Source: Candidatus Hermodarchaeota archaeon (GTDB lineage Archaea; Asgardarchaeota; Lokiarchaeia; Sigyniarchaeales; SOKP01). From it: 53,103 nucleotides of DNA. Of this stretch, positions 21,701 through 29,175 are shown one piece after another (the first letter of the stretch is position 1; each line of letters opens with the position of its first letter). The stretch lies in contig JBHLLO010000014.1 of NCBI GenBank assembly GCA_048885535.1, positions 1 through 53,103 of the forward strand, written 5' to 3'. The notes beneath the pieces are model-generated. The model did no database searches and was not told where the DNA came from. It saw only the letters and a list, made by a program, of their open reading frames with translations. Position numbers and translations under genes: made by a program.

Positions 21701-21820
21701 CCCTCCTATGGGGATTAAATATTGCGAAATTGGAGTAAAGCTAAAAATTAAAAACAAACTGATTAATAAAATGGTCTTAATCGACTTTTTTCTACTATTC
21801 TTCAAATTCATATGTATCAT
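15719..21820 (-). CDS. Giant cell-surface glycoprotein: signal peptide, NosD/CASH parallel beta-helix, 18 tandem Ig-like repeats, two C-terminal TM helices
   Basis: GSGSWNDPFTIE, NNxxGI repeats, GNFWDDYLGKDADDDGIGD..QDNYPI; repeats delimited by (Y/R)KDxxxP..FYANDTxGN; many N-x-S/T sequons. Confidence 0.9.
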   Translation of the reverse strand: MIHMNLKNSRKKSIKTILLISLFLIFSFTPISQYLIPIGGANDKTHDDKILCLSAKNNLCIHIDNNWTETATTYDWCSGSGSWNDPFTIEDVEILANSTVAAIFINNSLNEYFIIKDCMISNNSTETFSAGIRLENTNNGKIKESSSFNNSIGILFINANNITIEESEISFNNHGICVWQSSSDNIIHDNDILNNSLEGINITNSDDNIIYYNDFLNNTVHAIDSGNSNLWDIGSQGNFWDDYLGKDADDDGIGDSSYAISGSAGSQDNYPIWWDAPIITVYSPIPYSLYGSSPLNFSVSTEEGVAYKWWYTIDSDPTKNLFSTNGTVNAFVWSLLANGSHTIFFYVNDSNGYEDYNAIIIYKDVETPSIDIIYPETHTIFGNKTCSFTIVILESNLNSTWYTVNNGTSIFFNGISGQNHGNISESEWELQTNGTIFINFFANDTMGNLGKNNITVYKDIIPPTIQINKPTQHEIFGNTPPECNVTFVDRNGVNTTLYYLTDGITTTPTKEWTGAIYPADWDLMSNGTVTIFFYVNDTVGNVRIANLSIYKDIIPPNILINNPQPYDLFSVIPPVCDVSFYDINGVNSSWYQLTNGTFTTISQIWTGTIDINNWNMMKNGTVTIIFFANDSIGNINSESVIVYKDIISPYITINEPKSNDIFGSNPPECNLTLYDINNIDYVWYKLTDGIITTNVREWTGTINFDDWSALSNGSVTIIFYANDTLGNIANANVSVYKDIIAPIISIINPNPYEVFGAFQPECNILFEDINGVDAKWYQLTDGITTTDIREWTGTIHIDDWNIMTNGTVNLIFYANDTLGNIATTNVSVYKDIIAPIITIINPNPYEVFGASRPECNVTFEDINGVDLKWYQLTDGTITTSVQEWTGIILYSDWNSMANGTITIIFYANDTLGNIATTNVSVYKDIISPSVIINEPNSYELYGQDPPDCNLTLYDINSIDNVWYELTDGITTTYIRDWTGIINFDDWNTMANGTVIIVFYANDTLGNIATTNVSVYKDIISPSITINKPNLHELFGYTPPGCGLTLYDRNSIDYIWYELTDGSTITSAREWTGTINFDDWNAMSNGTVTITFYANDTVGNVGIASVSIYKDIVAPNIFIYEPYQYDLFGVVAPICNVTFYDINGINASWYQLTNGTLTTASRTWSGSIDINDWNMMKNGTVTIIFFANDSVGNMNFDNIFLYKDIESPDLIINEPLSFQVFGYNPPGCDLTLYDRNSIDYIWYELTDGSTTTSAREWTGTINFDDWNAMANGTVTIIFYANDTVGNVGIASVSIYKDIFGPEINIIEPLPNQIFGLTPPICIVMISDINGVNETWYQLTDGITTTNTRIWTGAIHVDDWMAMSNGSVTIIFYANDTVGNIGTASVSIYKDIIGPDINIISPTPHSVFGKSVPNCIVNFYDINGVNTTWYQLTNGIITTTLREWNSFIYSNDWNAMPNGTVFIVFFANDTLGNMFSVNVSIYKDSLSPIIIIHDPEDWKLYGITVPVINVSVIDDHLESVWYQLDNGSVITPYREFFGFIYQEDWDLIGNGTVIIRFIAYDSVNNLASATLILRKNIFDPVIIILDPSNNELFGLNPPDITLYISSAEPDTIWYQLYNSTFSTSILIWDGSINLNAWQAFGNGTLFITFYINDTLGNIGFDTIMLRKDTIPPILFINAPTPFTLFGVTPPVVSITCSDENSIFSIYYQLHNVITTPLRIWTGSILLADWNTIGNGTVIIMFYAEDIVGNMAFANLTVRKDIIAPNIWITYPDINELYGHERPILYVILDDGSGISEISYQLKSDKYNSSIIDWNNPISISIVIQINQQEWNKVGNGTINIYLYVTDVIGNQGIASVMIRKDIIAPSISIQYPTQYQNVGRDSPFFQVEIIDGNLLYCWYNIIGTNVNVSFYSINGPFTGKINQTLWESIWDIVAVGDNITIRFYAQDRKKNCNYSDVYVVKYIAPEPYTPIPLPIELTDLIFLGCLGAVAITFPLIIKKSRLYSSSDKKQKNVIQRIMLLSIILLTLISVAIILT
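15944..20998 (-). repeat. 18 intragenic tandem repeats, core period 279 bp (93 aa)
   Basis: Counted from the translation. Units 9 and 11 (about 18500-18709 vs 17942-18151, offset 558 bp) are near-identical in DNA. Confidence 0.9.
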
Positions 21821-21926
21821 TAACCTAGATCGTTAAATAAATATATATAAAATAATTTAGCATAATGTTCTAATTTGTTCATGTTAAAACTTTAAAATTA
21901 CTTTGGATATTCAACTAAATGATTAC

Positions 21927-21981
21927 TCTATATAAAAATATTTAAGTGTGGGAATTCCCTTTTGTCCCGTGAAAAAGGGAA
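21927..21981. promoter_or_regulatory. Divergent promoter region with TATA-like box, palindrome GGGAATTCCC and inverted repeat TTCCCTTTT-N9-AAAAGGGAA
   Basis: Palindrome at 21950-21959 and inverted repeat at 21955-21981, read directly. Confidence 0.45.
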
Positions 21982-22061
21982 AGATAGTTTAAAAAGTGAC
22001 ATTACCTATATTATTCATACGAATAATTTAAAATATCTTTTACAAAGTTCGAGGTCCAATA

Positions 22062-23588
22062 ATGTTAATCGAAGAATTAAGTGGCTTGAGTAAGGAAGGC
22101 GCAAAATCTTTAAAGTCGGCTGGAATCACTACAGTGGAGCAATTAGCTAGTTCAAAAGTGGATGAATTACGTCTTATTAGCGGGATTAATCAAGCGCTTG
22201 CTCTTGACTATATTGCACGAGCTAAAATGTTATTAAACGTGAAGAAAAGACCAAAAAAAGTCAAACCACTCCCCGCACCTGAACTCAAACCTTTCTTTTC
22301 TGAAGAGCATATGCAACAAATTCGGTACTGTTATTATATGATAAAAAAATTAGAGGATTTATTGAAAGATGATACATCAATAATCACTATGGAGATAATT
22401 AATAATGTCTATAAATACATCACTCTATTAAATGTGAATTATAAACTTTATAGTCAAATAAAAATTTTAAAGGATTTAGAAATCCAACCCACTTTCTATG
22501 ACTCTATTGAAAACCGAGAAATAAAGATTTGGGATTTAAACTTCGAATGTGCTCGTGCTTTATGGGTTCTAGCTCAAGCATATTCTTTTATGTCTAAAAA
22601 TTATGAAGAAGAGAACATGACCCAAAATGCTGTATTATGCATGGTACAATGCAGTAAGGCTTATAAAACAGCGTCCTATTTTAGTACAGCCCATACTCGT
22701 CAAGAAGATATTGGTATCTGCTTATCTGCGGAATATCTTGAATTAAAATCAGAAGAATCGCGATTCTTAGCTCAACATTTAGCAATTAGAATTGAAGAGG
22801 AGGAAAATAAAAGTTATGCCCTTACTTCTAAGATGTATTCGGGATTGGTTGCTCTATTAAAACGTTTTTATTACCTAAAACAGCACGAAGCTAAAAAAAT
22901 CCAACAATTACAAGCTTTAATAAATTACTACAATGGCAAAGCTTGTTTAATGAAAGCACGATCATTATCTAATCCTTCATTTAATCGTCAGTATTCCAAA
23001 GAGGCGCAACTATACTTACAAAAAGCAAATTATTATTTTCTCAAAGCAGAAAATATTTGGGAAGATTTAGTTACACATTCTGAAGAATTATCCGATGATC
23101 GTAGAAAGCAATTGATTGGTTATCTATCCTTAGTCAATAGAGAGATTATTGAAAATGACGTACCTGTTATTAAGGCAACTGATGCAAAAATGATAGATAA
23201 CCCTGAACCAATTGTCATTATTCCAGAAAACATACCTTTTATTGCTCCAAAATCAACAATGTATTTGACCAGGTTTCCTTCAACAAGACTTGAACAAAGC
23301 GAATTACAAGAATTATTAAAATTCAATACTGATACAAAATTTCGAATAAATGAATTTGAGTCACTTCGGAATGAAAAAGCTGCGATTGGACGAGTAATCA
23401 AACAACTACAGTTTTTATATGATAATAGGGACATCGATATTAGCACTTTTTCTGAGTTATTTGAAAAATATTCAAAGAAAGAAAAATTTGTTGAAGAAGC
23501 TTTACAAAAATTAAAGAGAGCTCAAAAAAAGTCAAAAACCACCACAATAGATCAAAAAATCAGATCTGCTAGTCCAGTCACTCGATAG
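22062..23588 (+). CDS. HhH domain, Bro1-like domain, C-terminal steadiness-box (ESCRT-I core)-like helical hairpin
   Basis: HhH: LSGLSKEGAKSLKSAGITTVEQLA..ISGI. Bro1-like: PTFYDSIE..DLNFECARALWVLAQAYS..FLAQ..TSKM..REIIEND. SB-like: EKAAIGRVIKQL..DIDISTF..SKKE. GAGGT RBS. Confidence 0.65.
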   Translation: MLIEELSGLSKEGAKSLKSAGITTVEQLASSKVDELRLISGINQALALDYIARAKMLLNVKKRPKKVKPLPAPELKPFFSEEHMQQIRYCYYMIKKLEDLLKDDTSIITMEIINNVYKYITLLNVNYKLYSQIKILKDLEIQPTFYDSIENREIKIWDLNFECARALWVLAQAYSFMSKNYEEENMTQNAVLCMVQCSKAYKTASYFSTAHTRQEDIGICLSAEYLELKSEESRFLAQHLAIRIEEEENKSYALTSKMYSGLVALLKRFYYLKQHEAKKIQQLQALINYYNGKACLMKARSLSNPSFNRQYSKEAQLYLQKANYYFLKAENIWEDLVTHSEELSDDRRKQLIGYLSLVNREIIENDVPVIKATDAKMIDNPEPIVIIPENIPFIAPKSTMYLTRFPSTRLEQSELQELLKFNTDTKFRINEFESLRNEKAAIGRVIKQLQFLYDNRDIDISTFSELFEKYSKKEKFVEEALQKLKRAQKKSKTTTIDQKIRSASPVTR

Positions 23589-23666
23589 AATTCAAAATTT
23601 TATGTTACTTTTATAAAGGGTTTTTTATTAATAATATACTATAAGAATGAGATCGGGGTAGAAATT

Positions 23667-24215
23667 GTGGATTGGGCTAAAACTTTAAAATCTATATTAA
23701 GAAAATATTGGTTTTACTTTGCACTTGTCCCAATCATCGTGGTCTATTTTTTTAATAGTATAATTTCCATAATCTTAATTGTTATATTCATATTTTCTCT
23801 TTTTGTCTACTATTTCTTTTTTCTCAATTTTAAGAAGAAAATGCTTCGGTTCATGAAAGAATATAAAGTCATTGAAGATCGAGCTATTGCTCAGGAATTA
23901 AATAGTTCCTTGCAACAGGTTAAAATTACAATGAAAAAACTCGTTGATAAGCAAGATAAAGAAACATGGGCTATTATCTCGATAAATGATCATTATATTT
24001 TCTTCAATGAGGAAGTCATTACTGAATTTATTGGTTTATACAAACAAGGGAAGAATGAAAAAGAAATTTTTGAAGCAATAAATCAGAAGGAAGAAATTTT
24101 TAAATCCAGGAGGGAAATTAAAATTTTGGAAGAAGAATTAATGCACCACCATAAAATCTTCCGAAAGAAAAAGAGGGGTATGGAAGATAGGGTATCTACA
24201 GAAGTAATGGATTAA
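23667..24215 (+). CDS. Two N-terminal TM helices plus cytoplasmic winged-helix (PCI/DDRGK-like) region
   Basis: Hydrophobic aa 15-55; KVIEDRAIAQELNSSLQQVKITMKKL..HYIFFNEE; GTG start after GGGGT. Confidence 0.55.
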   Translation: MDWAKTLKSILRKYWFYFALVPIIVVYFFNSIISIILIVIFIFSLFVYYFFFLNFKKKMLRFMKEYKVIEDRAIAQELNSSLQQVKITMKKLVDKQDKETWAIISINDHYIFFNEEVITEFIGLYKQGKNEKEIFEAINQKEEIFKSRREIKILEEELMHHHKIFRKKKRGMEDRVSTEVMD

Positions 24216-24333
24216 AATGAAGGCATAATCAAAAAAGAATTAAAAAAAATTTCTATTTTTGTAGATGGGATTTTTATTTTAGAAAAACTCATATAATTCT
24301 AATTGAAGTAAGTATAAAAAAGAGTTTATTATT

Positions 24334-25617
24334 TTAATCCCAAGTAGGTTTCTTTATAGCATTATCATCATCCTCAGTATGAATTCTTTTTAAATCAATA
24401 TCTGAATAACCAGGTATGATATTAAGCAATTGTCTTGTTGAATTCTTGATATCCTTGGATGAAGTGATAAACCTTCCTATAATTAAAATATCAGCACCCA
24501 TTTCAAGTGCATATCTGCCTGTAGAAGGTTCAATTCCTCCAGCAACAGCAATAAGCACACGATCTTTTCCTGATGCTAATTTCTTATCTTTATAAATTTG
24601 CTTTATTTCTGGGACCAAAGCCCATCTCGCTCGTTGTTCGGCATCAGGTGACTTCGATTCTACTGCAAGTTCAACATCAATAGCCCTATGTAGAATCACT
24701 ACATCTGGTATTTGCTTTAACTGTTTTAATTTATTAACTGGATCAGTAACTTCCATTGTGTCAATAAACGCATAAATTCCAAGTCTTTGGGCTTCTAAAA
24801 TAAATTTATCAAGGGATGATGACGAAGCTAAACCACTCGCAACAACGGCGTCTGCAGTAGCATCAAATGCAAAATCAACTTCTAATTTCCCAACATCAAG
24901 CGTCTTTAAATCAGCAACAATAAATTTATCAGTTTCGAGTTCTCGAATCTTTTTAATTGCTTCTACTCCATATTTTTTCAAAAAAGGTGTTCCTATCTCC
25001 AGAAGGATTCTGTCACTTTTAGGTAATTGTTGCACAACTTTCATTTGATGTGAGAGTTCGGGGTGATCTAAAGCTATTTGCAGATAAGGTGGTCTCCATA
25101 GTCTAGGGACTCTTAATCCGGCAACAGGATGTTTAGCACGATCTTTGTCATAGAAGATCTTTTCTATAGGAGGATAGTTCTTTAGAGCTCTCTGGATTGC
25201 TAATTTTGTAGCTCCATAGTTATATTGATAAATTTTTCGATAATCTGTCGCCTCTGGATGGATAAATACACTTACAATCAATAACCACTCATCAAGTTTA
25301 TTCATTGGTATAAGATTTTCCTCAACAGAGTCGGCTATTGCTTTTGCTACTGCTGCCTGAGCAGGACCAAATATTTTATTTGCTTCTTCCATTTTGGAGA
25401 CTGTAACCTTTGGGATAACCAAACTAACGGGTTTAGACAGTAAATTCGGCCTGATGCAAGCTAAAAGCCCGCCATGTCCAATAGATGGTGAACTCAATGC
25501 ATTCGCAAAAGAAATCCCAACAGGACCATCCTTTGAGCCAATAATTAAATCAATATGAGCAAGATCAGGAGCCTCTCCAATTAGAGCCTCTCCGATAAAA
25601 TATTCCGGTTTTGCCAT
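24334..25617 (-). CDS. fae-hps: Bifunctional formaldehyde-activating enzyme / 3-hexulose-6-phosphate synthase
   Basis: Fae: IGEALIG, AHIDLIIG, FGPAQAAVA, YNYGATKLAI. Hps: PPYLQIALD, LEIGTP, ADLKTLDVG, LHRAID, VAGGI. Confidence 0.95.
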   Translation of the reverse strand: MAKPEYFIGEALIGEAPDLAHIDLIIGSKDGPVGISFANALSSPSIGHGGLLACIRPNLLSKPVSLVIPKVTVSKMEEANKIFGPAQAAVAKAIADSVEENLIPMNKLDEWLLIVSVFIHPEATDYRKIYQYNYGATKLAIQRALKNYPPIEKIFYDKDRAKHPVAGLRVPRLWRPPYLQIALDHPELSHQMKVVQQLPKSDRILLEIGTPFLKKYGVEAIKKIRELETDKFIVADLKTLDVGKLEVDFAFDATADAVVASGLASSSSLDKFILEAQRLGIYAFIDTMEVTDPVNKLKQLKQIPDVVILHRAIDVELAVESKSPDAEQRARWALVPEIKQIYKDKKLASGKDRVLIAVAGGIEPSTGRYALEMGADILIIGRFITSSKDIKNSTRQLLNIIPGYSDIDLKRIHTEDDDNAIKKPTWD

Positions 25618-25859
25618 AAAAAAACCCAGTGCTTTTCTTCTTTATATTTTATTGTATTTTATGGATAATATGAATAATACAATATCCACATTAAATTAGA
25701 GTTAATTCTCTCTTAATAAAATTATGTAATGATTCATCTCAAAAATAGTATTAACAATCAATTTTTAGATAATTAAAAGTGGTGGTAAATTATAAATATG
25801 AAAATTTTCTTATAGATTTAGGTAAATTAATTCAAGAAATAAAAATAGGGTGAAAAATA

Positions 25860-26174
25860 ATCAGTAATGTAACATTAAAAAAATACTCAAAACCTCAGGG
25901 AGAGGATCCTAAAGACCCAGATAAAAACAATATATTATACATCTGCTACAAAGACTTTAGAAATTTCAAAGAAAAGAACGGAGACAAGGTAATAGAACAA
26001 TTAAACAAATTAATCAAGGATAGTAGTAAAAGAGGTGATAACACAGAGCCTTTTACTCAACAAAAAATTAATTTAATATATGTTAGAAAGTTAATTCATG
26101 AAGGTAAAGAAAAGGAAGCTTTTGCAACTTTCCATAGAACGTTCCCTTATTGTATGCCATATAGGTTTTTTTGA
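25860..26174 (+). CDS. Hypothetical protein, ~104 aa, probable ATC (or ATA at 25857) start; not in ORF track
   Basis: Stop-free frame from 25854 to the TGA at 26172-26174: (M)SNVTLKKYSKPQGEDPKDPDKNNILYICYKDF..TFHRTFPYCMPYRFF. GGGTGA RBS at 25848-25853. It fills an otherwise empty 570-bp gap. Confidence 0.6.
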   Translation: MSNVTLKKYSKPQGEDPKDPDKNNILYICYKDFRNFKEKNGDKVIEQLNKLIKDSSKRGDNTEPFTQQKINLIYVRKLIHEGKEKEAFATFHRTFPYCMPYRFF

Positions 26175-26186
26175 ACTTTAAGAAAT

Positions 26187-27497
26187 CTATTGATAATACA
26201 ATTCAATAGCTTTAGCATCTAATAAGAGACTCTCAAGAATTTCTTTATTTAAATCAAGAGTTTCATAGATGATGTGTTGGCAATCATATTTTGAAAAATC
26301 ATATTCAATAATATTTAGATTAAATTTCTCCTTCTGTTCCCATAGTTGAGAACCTGGATAGGGAGTTGCAACAAAATAATTAATCTTATCACTTCTGTCA
26401 AAGGGTATTTTTTTTATAAACTCAATAGTTTCATAGAAAGATTCCTCGGTTTCACCGGGTAAACCTAATACAAAATAGGCTTGAATTGGAATTTTATATT
26501 TTTTTAAATTCCTAATCCCCTTTAACACATTTTTTGGATTCTGAAACTTTAAATTCTGCTTTAAGACATTTATACTAGCTGATTCTATCCCTGTTGCTAC
26601 TAATCTACATCCAGCATTCTTTAAGAGGGAGGCTTCTTTATCCGTTATGTTATCGACCCTTAACTCACATCCCCAAGGTATAGTTATTTTATTACTAATA
26701 AACATGTTTAAGAAATCTTCAAAAAATACTCTGTTGATGTTAATATTATCGTAAAAATTTACGTAGTTATAATTCTGGTATGAAAGTATATCTATTATTT
26801 CGGAAAGTATAGAATCAATACTCCTAACTCTTACGTTTCTAAATAAATTTTGTCGAGAACAAAATGAGCATTGGTAAGGACAACCTCTATTTACGATAAT
26901 GTTAGCAACCTTATAATACCGGGCGGTATTTTCTAATTTGTACCTTGCGGGTAAGGGTAAGGTTTCGATTTCAATAGGATCTGGATAACCTGTAAAAATT
27001 AATTCACCTTTCGAGTCAATATAGGCTAATCCTTTTATTTTTTGGATTTTTGATTCACATTGTTGATCATTATCCTCGATTAAAATATTAGATAATTGGA
27101 GAAATGATTTTTCAGCCTCGCCTATACATATAAAGTCAACATTCTTATTGGATTGTAAGATATTTTTGTAGAGAAAAGAAACGTGGGGACCTCCTAATAC
27201 AATTTTCTTGTTGTTATTTTGATTTTTGATAATGTTAACAATTTTAAGAACAAATTTAAAATTGTTTGTCAATGAAGTTATTCCAATTATTTGGTTATTC
27301 GTAATCTTTTCAATAATTACATCTCTTAAACTATCTTCATCCAGTTCAGGATATTGTTCTAGGTCTAGAATATCTACATCTAATCCATAATTATCTAATA
27401 CAGCGGCAAGATATAAAATCCCTAGACTAGGTTCTCTAAAAAACTCGCTCTGAAGCTCTGTAGGTTTAGTAGTTTTAGGATTAATAAGTAAAATCAT
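26187..27497 (-). CDS. B12-binding domain radical SAM protein
   Basis: PSLGILYLAA, LGGPH, RGCPYQCSFC, GIES, GLPGET, TPYPGS. Confidence 0.93.
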   Translation of the reverse strand: MILLINPKTTKPTELQSEFFREPSLGILYLAAVLDNYGLDVDILDLEQYPELDEDSLRDVIIEKITNNQIIGITSLTNNFKFVLKIVNIIKNQNNNKKIVLGGPHVSFLYKNILQSNKNVDFICIGEAEKSFLQLSNILIEDNDQQCESKIQKIKGLAYIDSKGELIFTGYPDPIEIETLPLPARYKLENTARYYKVANIIVNRGCPYQCSFCSRQNLFRNVRVRSIDSILSEIIDILSYQNYNYVNFYDNININRVFFEDFLNMFISNKITIPWGCELRVDNITDKEASLLKNAGCRLVATGIESASINVLKQNLKFQNPKNVLKGIRNLKKYKIPIQAYFVLGLPGETEESFYETIEFIKKIPFDRSDKINYFVATPYPGSQLWEQKEKFNLNIIEYDFSKYDCQHIIYETLDLNKEILESLLLDAKAIELYYQ

Positions 27498-27514
27498 ACT
27501 AATGTATTTCTATT

Positions 27515-28315
27515 TTAATTTTCACTACGATTTTCTTCAATTAATTTATCTGGAATATTGAATGATTTAATTAAAGAATCAATATTTCCTTCCTTACTAA
27601 ATTTCTCTTCAGAAATCACAGGGATTTTCAATTCTAAGGTATCATACTTTTCATATTCAGGAGTAAAAAGTTCTAATCCTTGTATAGCACGATCTTTCAC
27701 AACAAAACGTATAGAATAATTACGGTCATTGAAAAATGTAAATCCGTTATTTAAACGCCCCATTTTCACAAATTCTTTACTCACAGATTCTTCCTTGAGA
27801 AACTCTTCAGTAATTTCCTCTTCTGAATATAAAATACCCCCTATGATTACAAATATTCTCTTATAATTTTCAGGACTTGGATAGTTTCCCATCGTTTCGA
27901 TGGCATTTTTTAATCTGGGATTATGAATTACTAGATCTCCTACTGTAGACACTTTTATAGAGTCATCAAAATCACTTTTCTCGATAGATCTTGCCCTTCC
28001 TTCTCCTATTGGTTTATCTAAGATTTGCTGAAATTCTGTATCCTCTCTTGAATGTAAATTTAAGGGATATATTCGATAAAATAATCTTAGTTGTTTACGA
28101 AACATATTAGCAAGTATTCCACCAAAAATTTGGAGTTTTAAGGGGCTATTCGGACCATTATAAGTCCAAATTCTTTTTGTATCGTGATCCACTAATATGT
28201 AGACTTTATGACTATTAGTAATATTCAGTATATCTCTTACAGTTTCTCCTTCTGTAACATCAACAGTAAGAAAATATGGGCTTTCTCGTAGTTCAAGTAC
28301 TTCAAAAATTTGCAT
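27515..28315 (-). CDS. Gelsolin-like domain protein with uncharacterised C-terminal domain
   Basis: NSHKVYILVDHDTKRIWTYNGPNS..EDTEFQQIL matches the gelsolin pattern (V-Y-I-L-D..I-W-x-W/Y-x-G..E..EF). Confidence 0.65.
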   Translation of the reverse strand: MQIFEVLELRESPYFLTVDVTEGETVRDILNITNSHKVYILVDHDTKRIWTYNGPNSPLKLQIFGGILANMFRKQLRLFYRIYPLNLHSREDTEFQQILDKPIGEGRARSIEKSDFDDSIKVSTVGDLVIHNPRLKNAIETMGNYPSPENYKRIFVIIGGILYSEEEITEEFLKEESVSKEFVKMGRLNNGFTFFNDRNYSIRFVVKDRAIQGLELFTPEYEKYDTLELKIPVISEEKFSKEGNIDSLIKSFNIPDKLIEENRSEN

Positions 28316-28482
28316 TTAACTAAATCCTATATATTCTATAATTTTATAGGTAATGATCTTTAAAATAAATTTTATTATTTTTATTAGGATGAAAGAATTA
28401 TTAGAAACCCTGCGAAATCAATAAAATTTTTAAATTTTAGGATATTTTTCACCGTAGTTCTCTCTTTAAAAGTTTGATATAT

Positions 28483-28890
28483 ATGAGTTCAGAGAAAAGA
28501 ACATATAAACTGAATATTTCCGGTGGAAAAACAGGTCCTGGAAAGGGATTATCTAAATTGGTTGAGATCGATGAAAAGAAATTTAGATTTGAAGGTATGA
28601 AGATTGGAGATACTATTAAAGGAGGTTTAATAGGATTTCCTAATTATGAATTCAAAATCACTGGTGGTTCCGATTCCAGCGGATTCCCAATGAGAAAAGA
28701 TGTGCATGGTCCTGTTAAAAAAAAGATCTTAGCCTCTAAGCGTGGAGCAGGATATAAGCCTAAAAGGAAAGGACAAAAGCGAAGAAAAACAGTACGCGGA
28801 AATGAAATTACTTATGATATGACCCTTATCAATCTTTGTGTGGTAACCTATGGAGATGTCGAACTATTTAAAACTAAAGAGGAAAACTAG
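28483..28890 (+). CDS. rps6e: 30S ribosomal protein S6e
   Basis: KIGD, FKITGGSDSSGFPMRKDVHG, RRKTVRGN. Confidence 0.97.
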   Translation: MSSEKRTYKLNISGGKTGPGKGLSKLVEIDEKKFRFEGMKIGDTIKGGLIGFPNYEFKITGGSDSSGFPMRKDVHGPVKKKILASKRGAGYKPKRKGQKRRKTVRGNEITYDMTLINLCVVTYGDVELFKTKEEN

Positions 28891-28920
28891 TCATATCAGA
28901 TAATCTTGAGATGAGATAAC

Positions 28921-29103
28921 ATGGTCAAAGTTAAGCGTTGTTCATTTTGTGGATATGATATACCTATCGGAAGAGGTCATATGTATGTAAAACGTGATGG
29001 AACTATTCTAAATTTTTGCACACAGAAATGTCGTAAGGCAATGTTAAAGTATAAGAAAAATCCACGTAAAACACGATGGACTTCATATTATGGAAAACAA
29101 TAA
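28921..29103 (+). CDS. rpl24e: 50S ribosomal protein L24e
   Basis: CSFCGYDI..G.MYVKRDG..FCTQKC..NPRKTRWT. Confidence 0.97.
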   Translation: MVKVKRCSFCGYDIPIGRGHMYVKRDGTILNFCTQKCRKAMLKYKKNPRKTRWTSYYGKQ

Positions 29104-29175
29104 ACTATCTTTTTAATACAATTAAACCCAAAAGAATTTTAAAGTTTCTTTCTAGCTCTAATGATTTTTCTTTCT

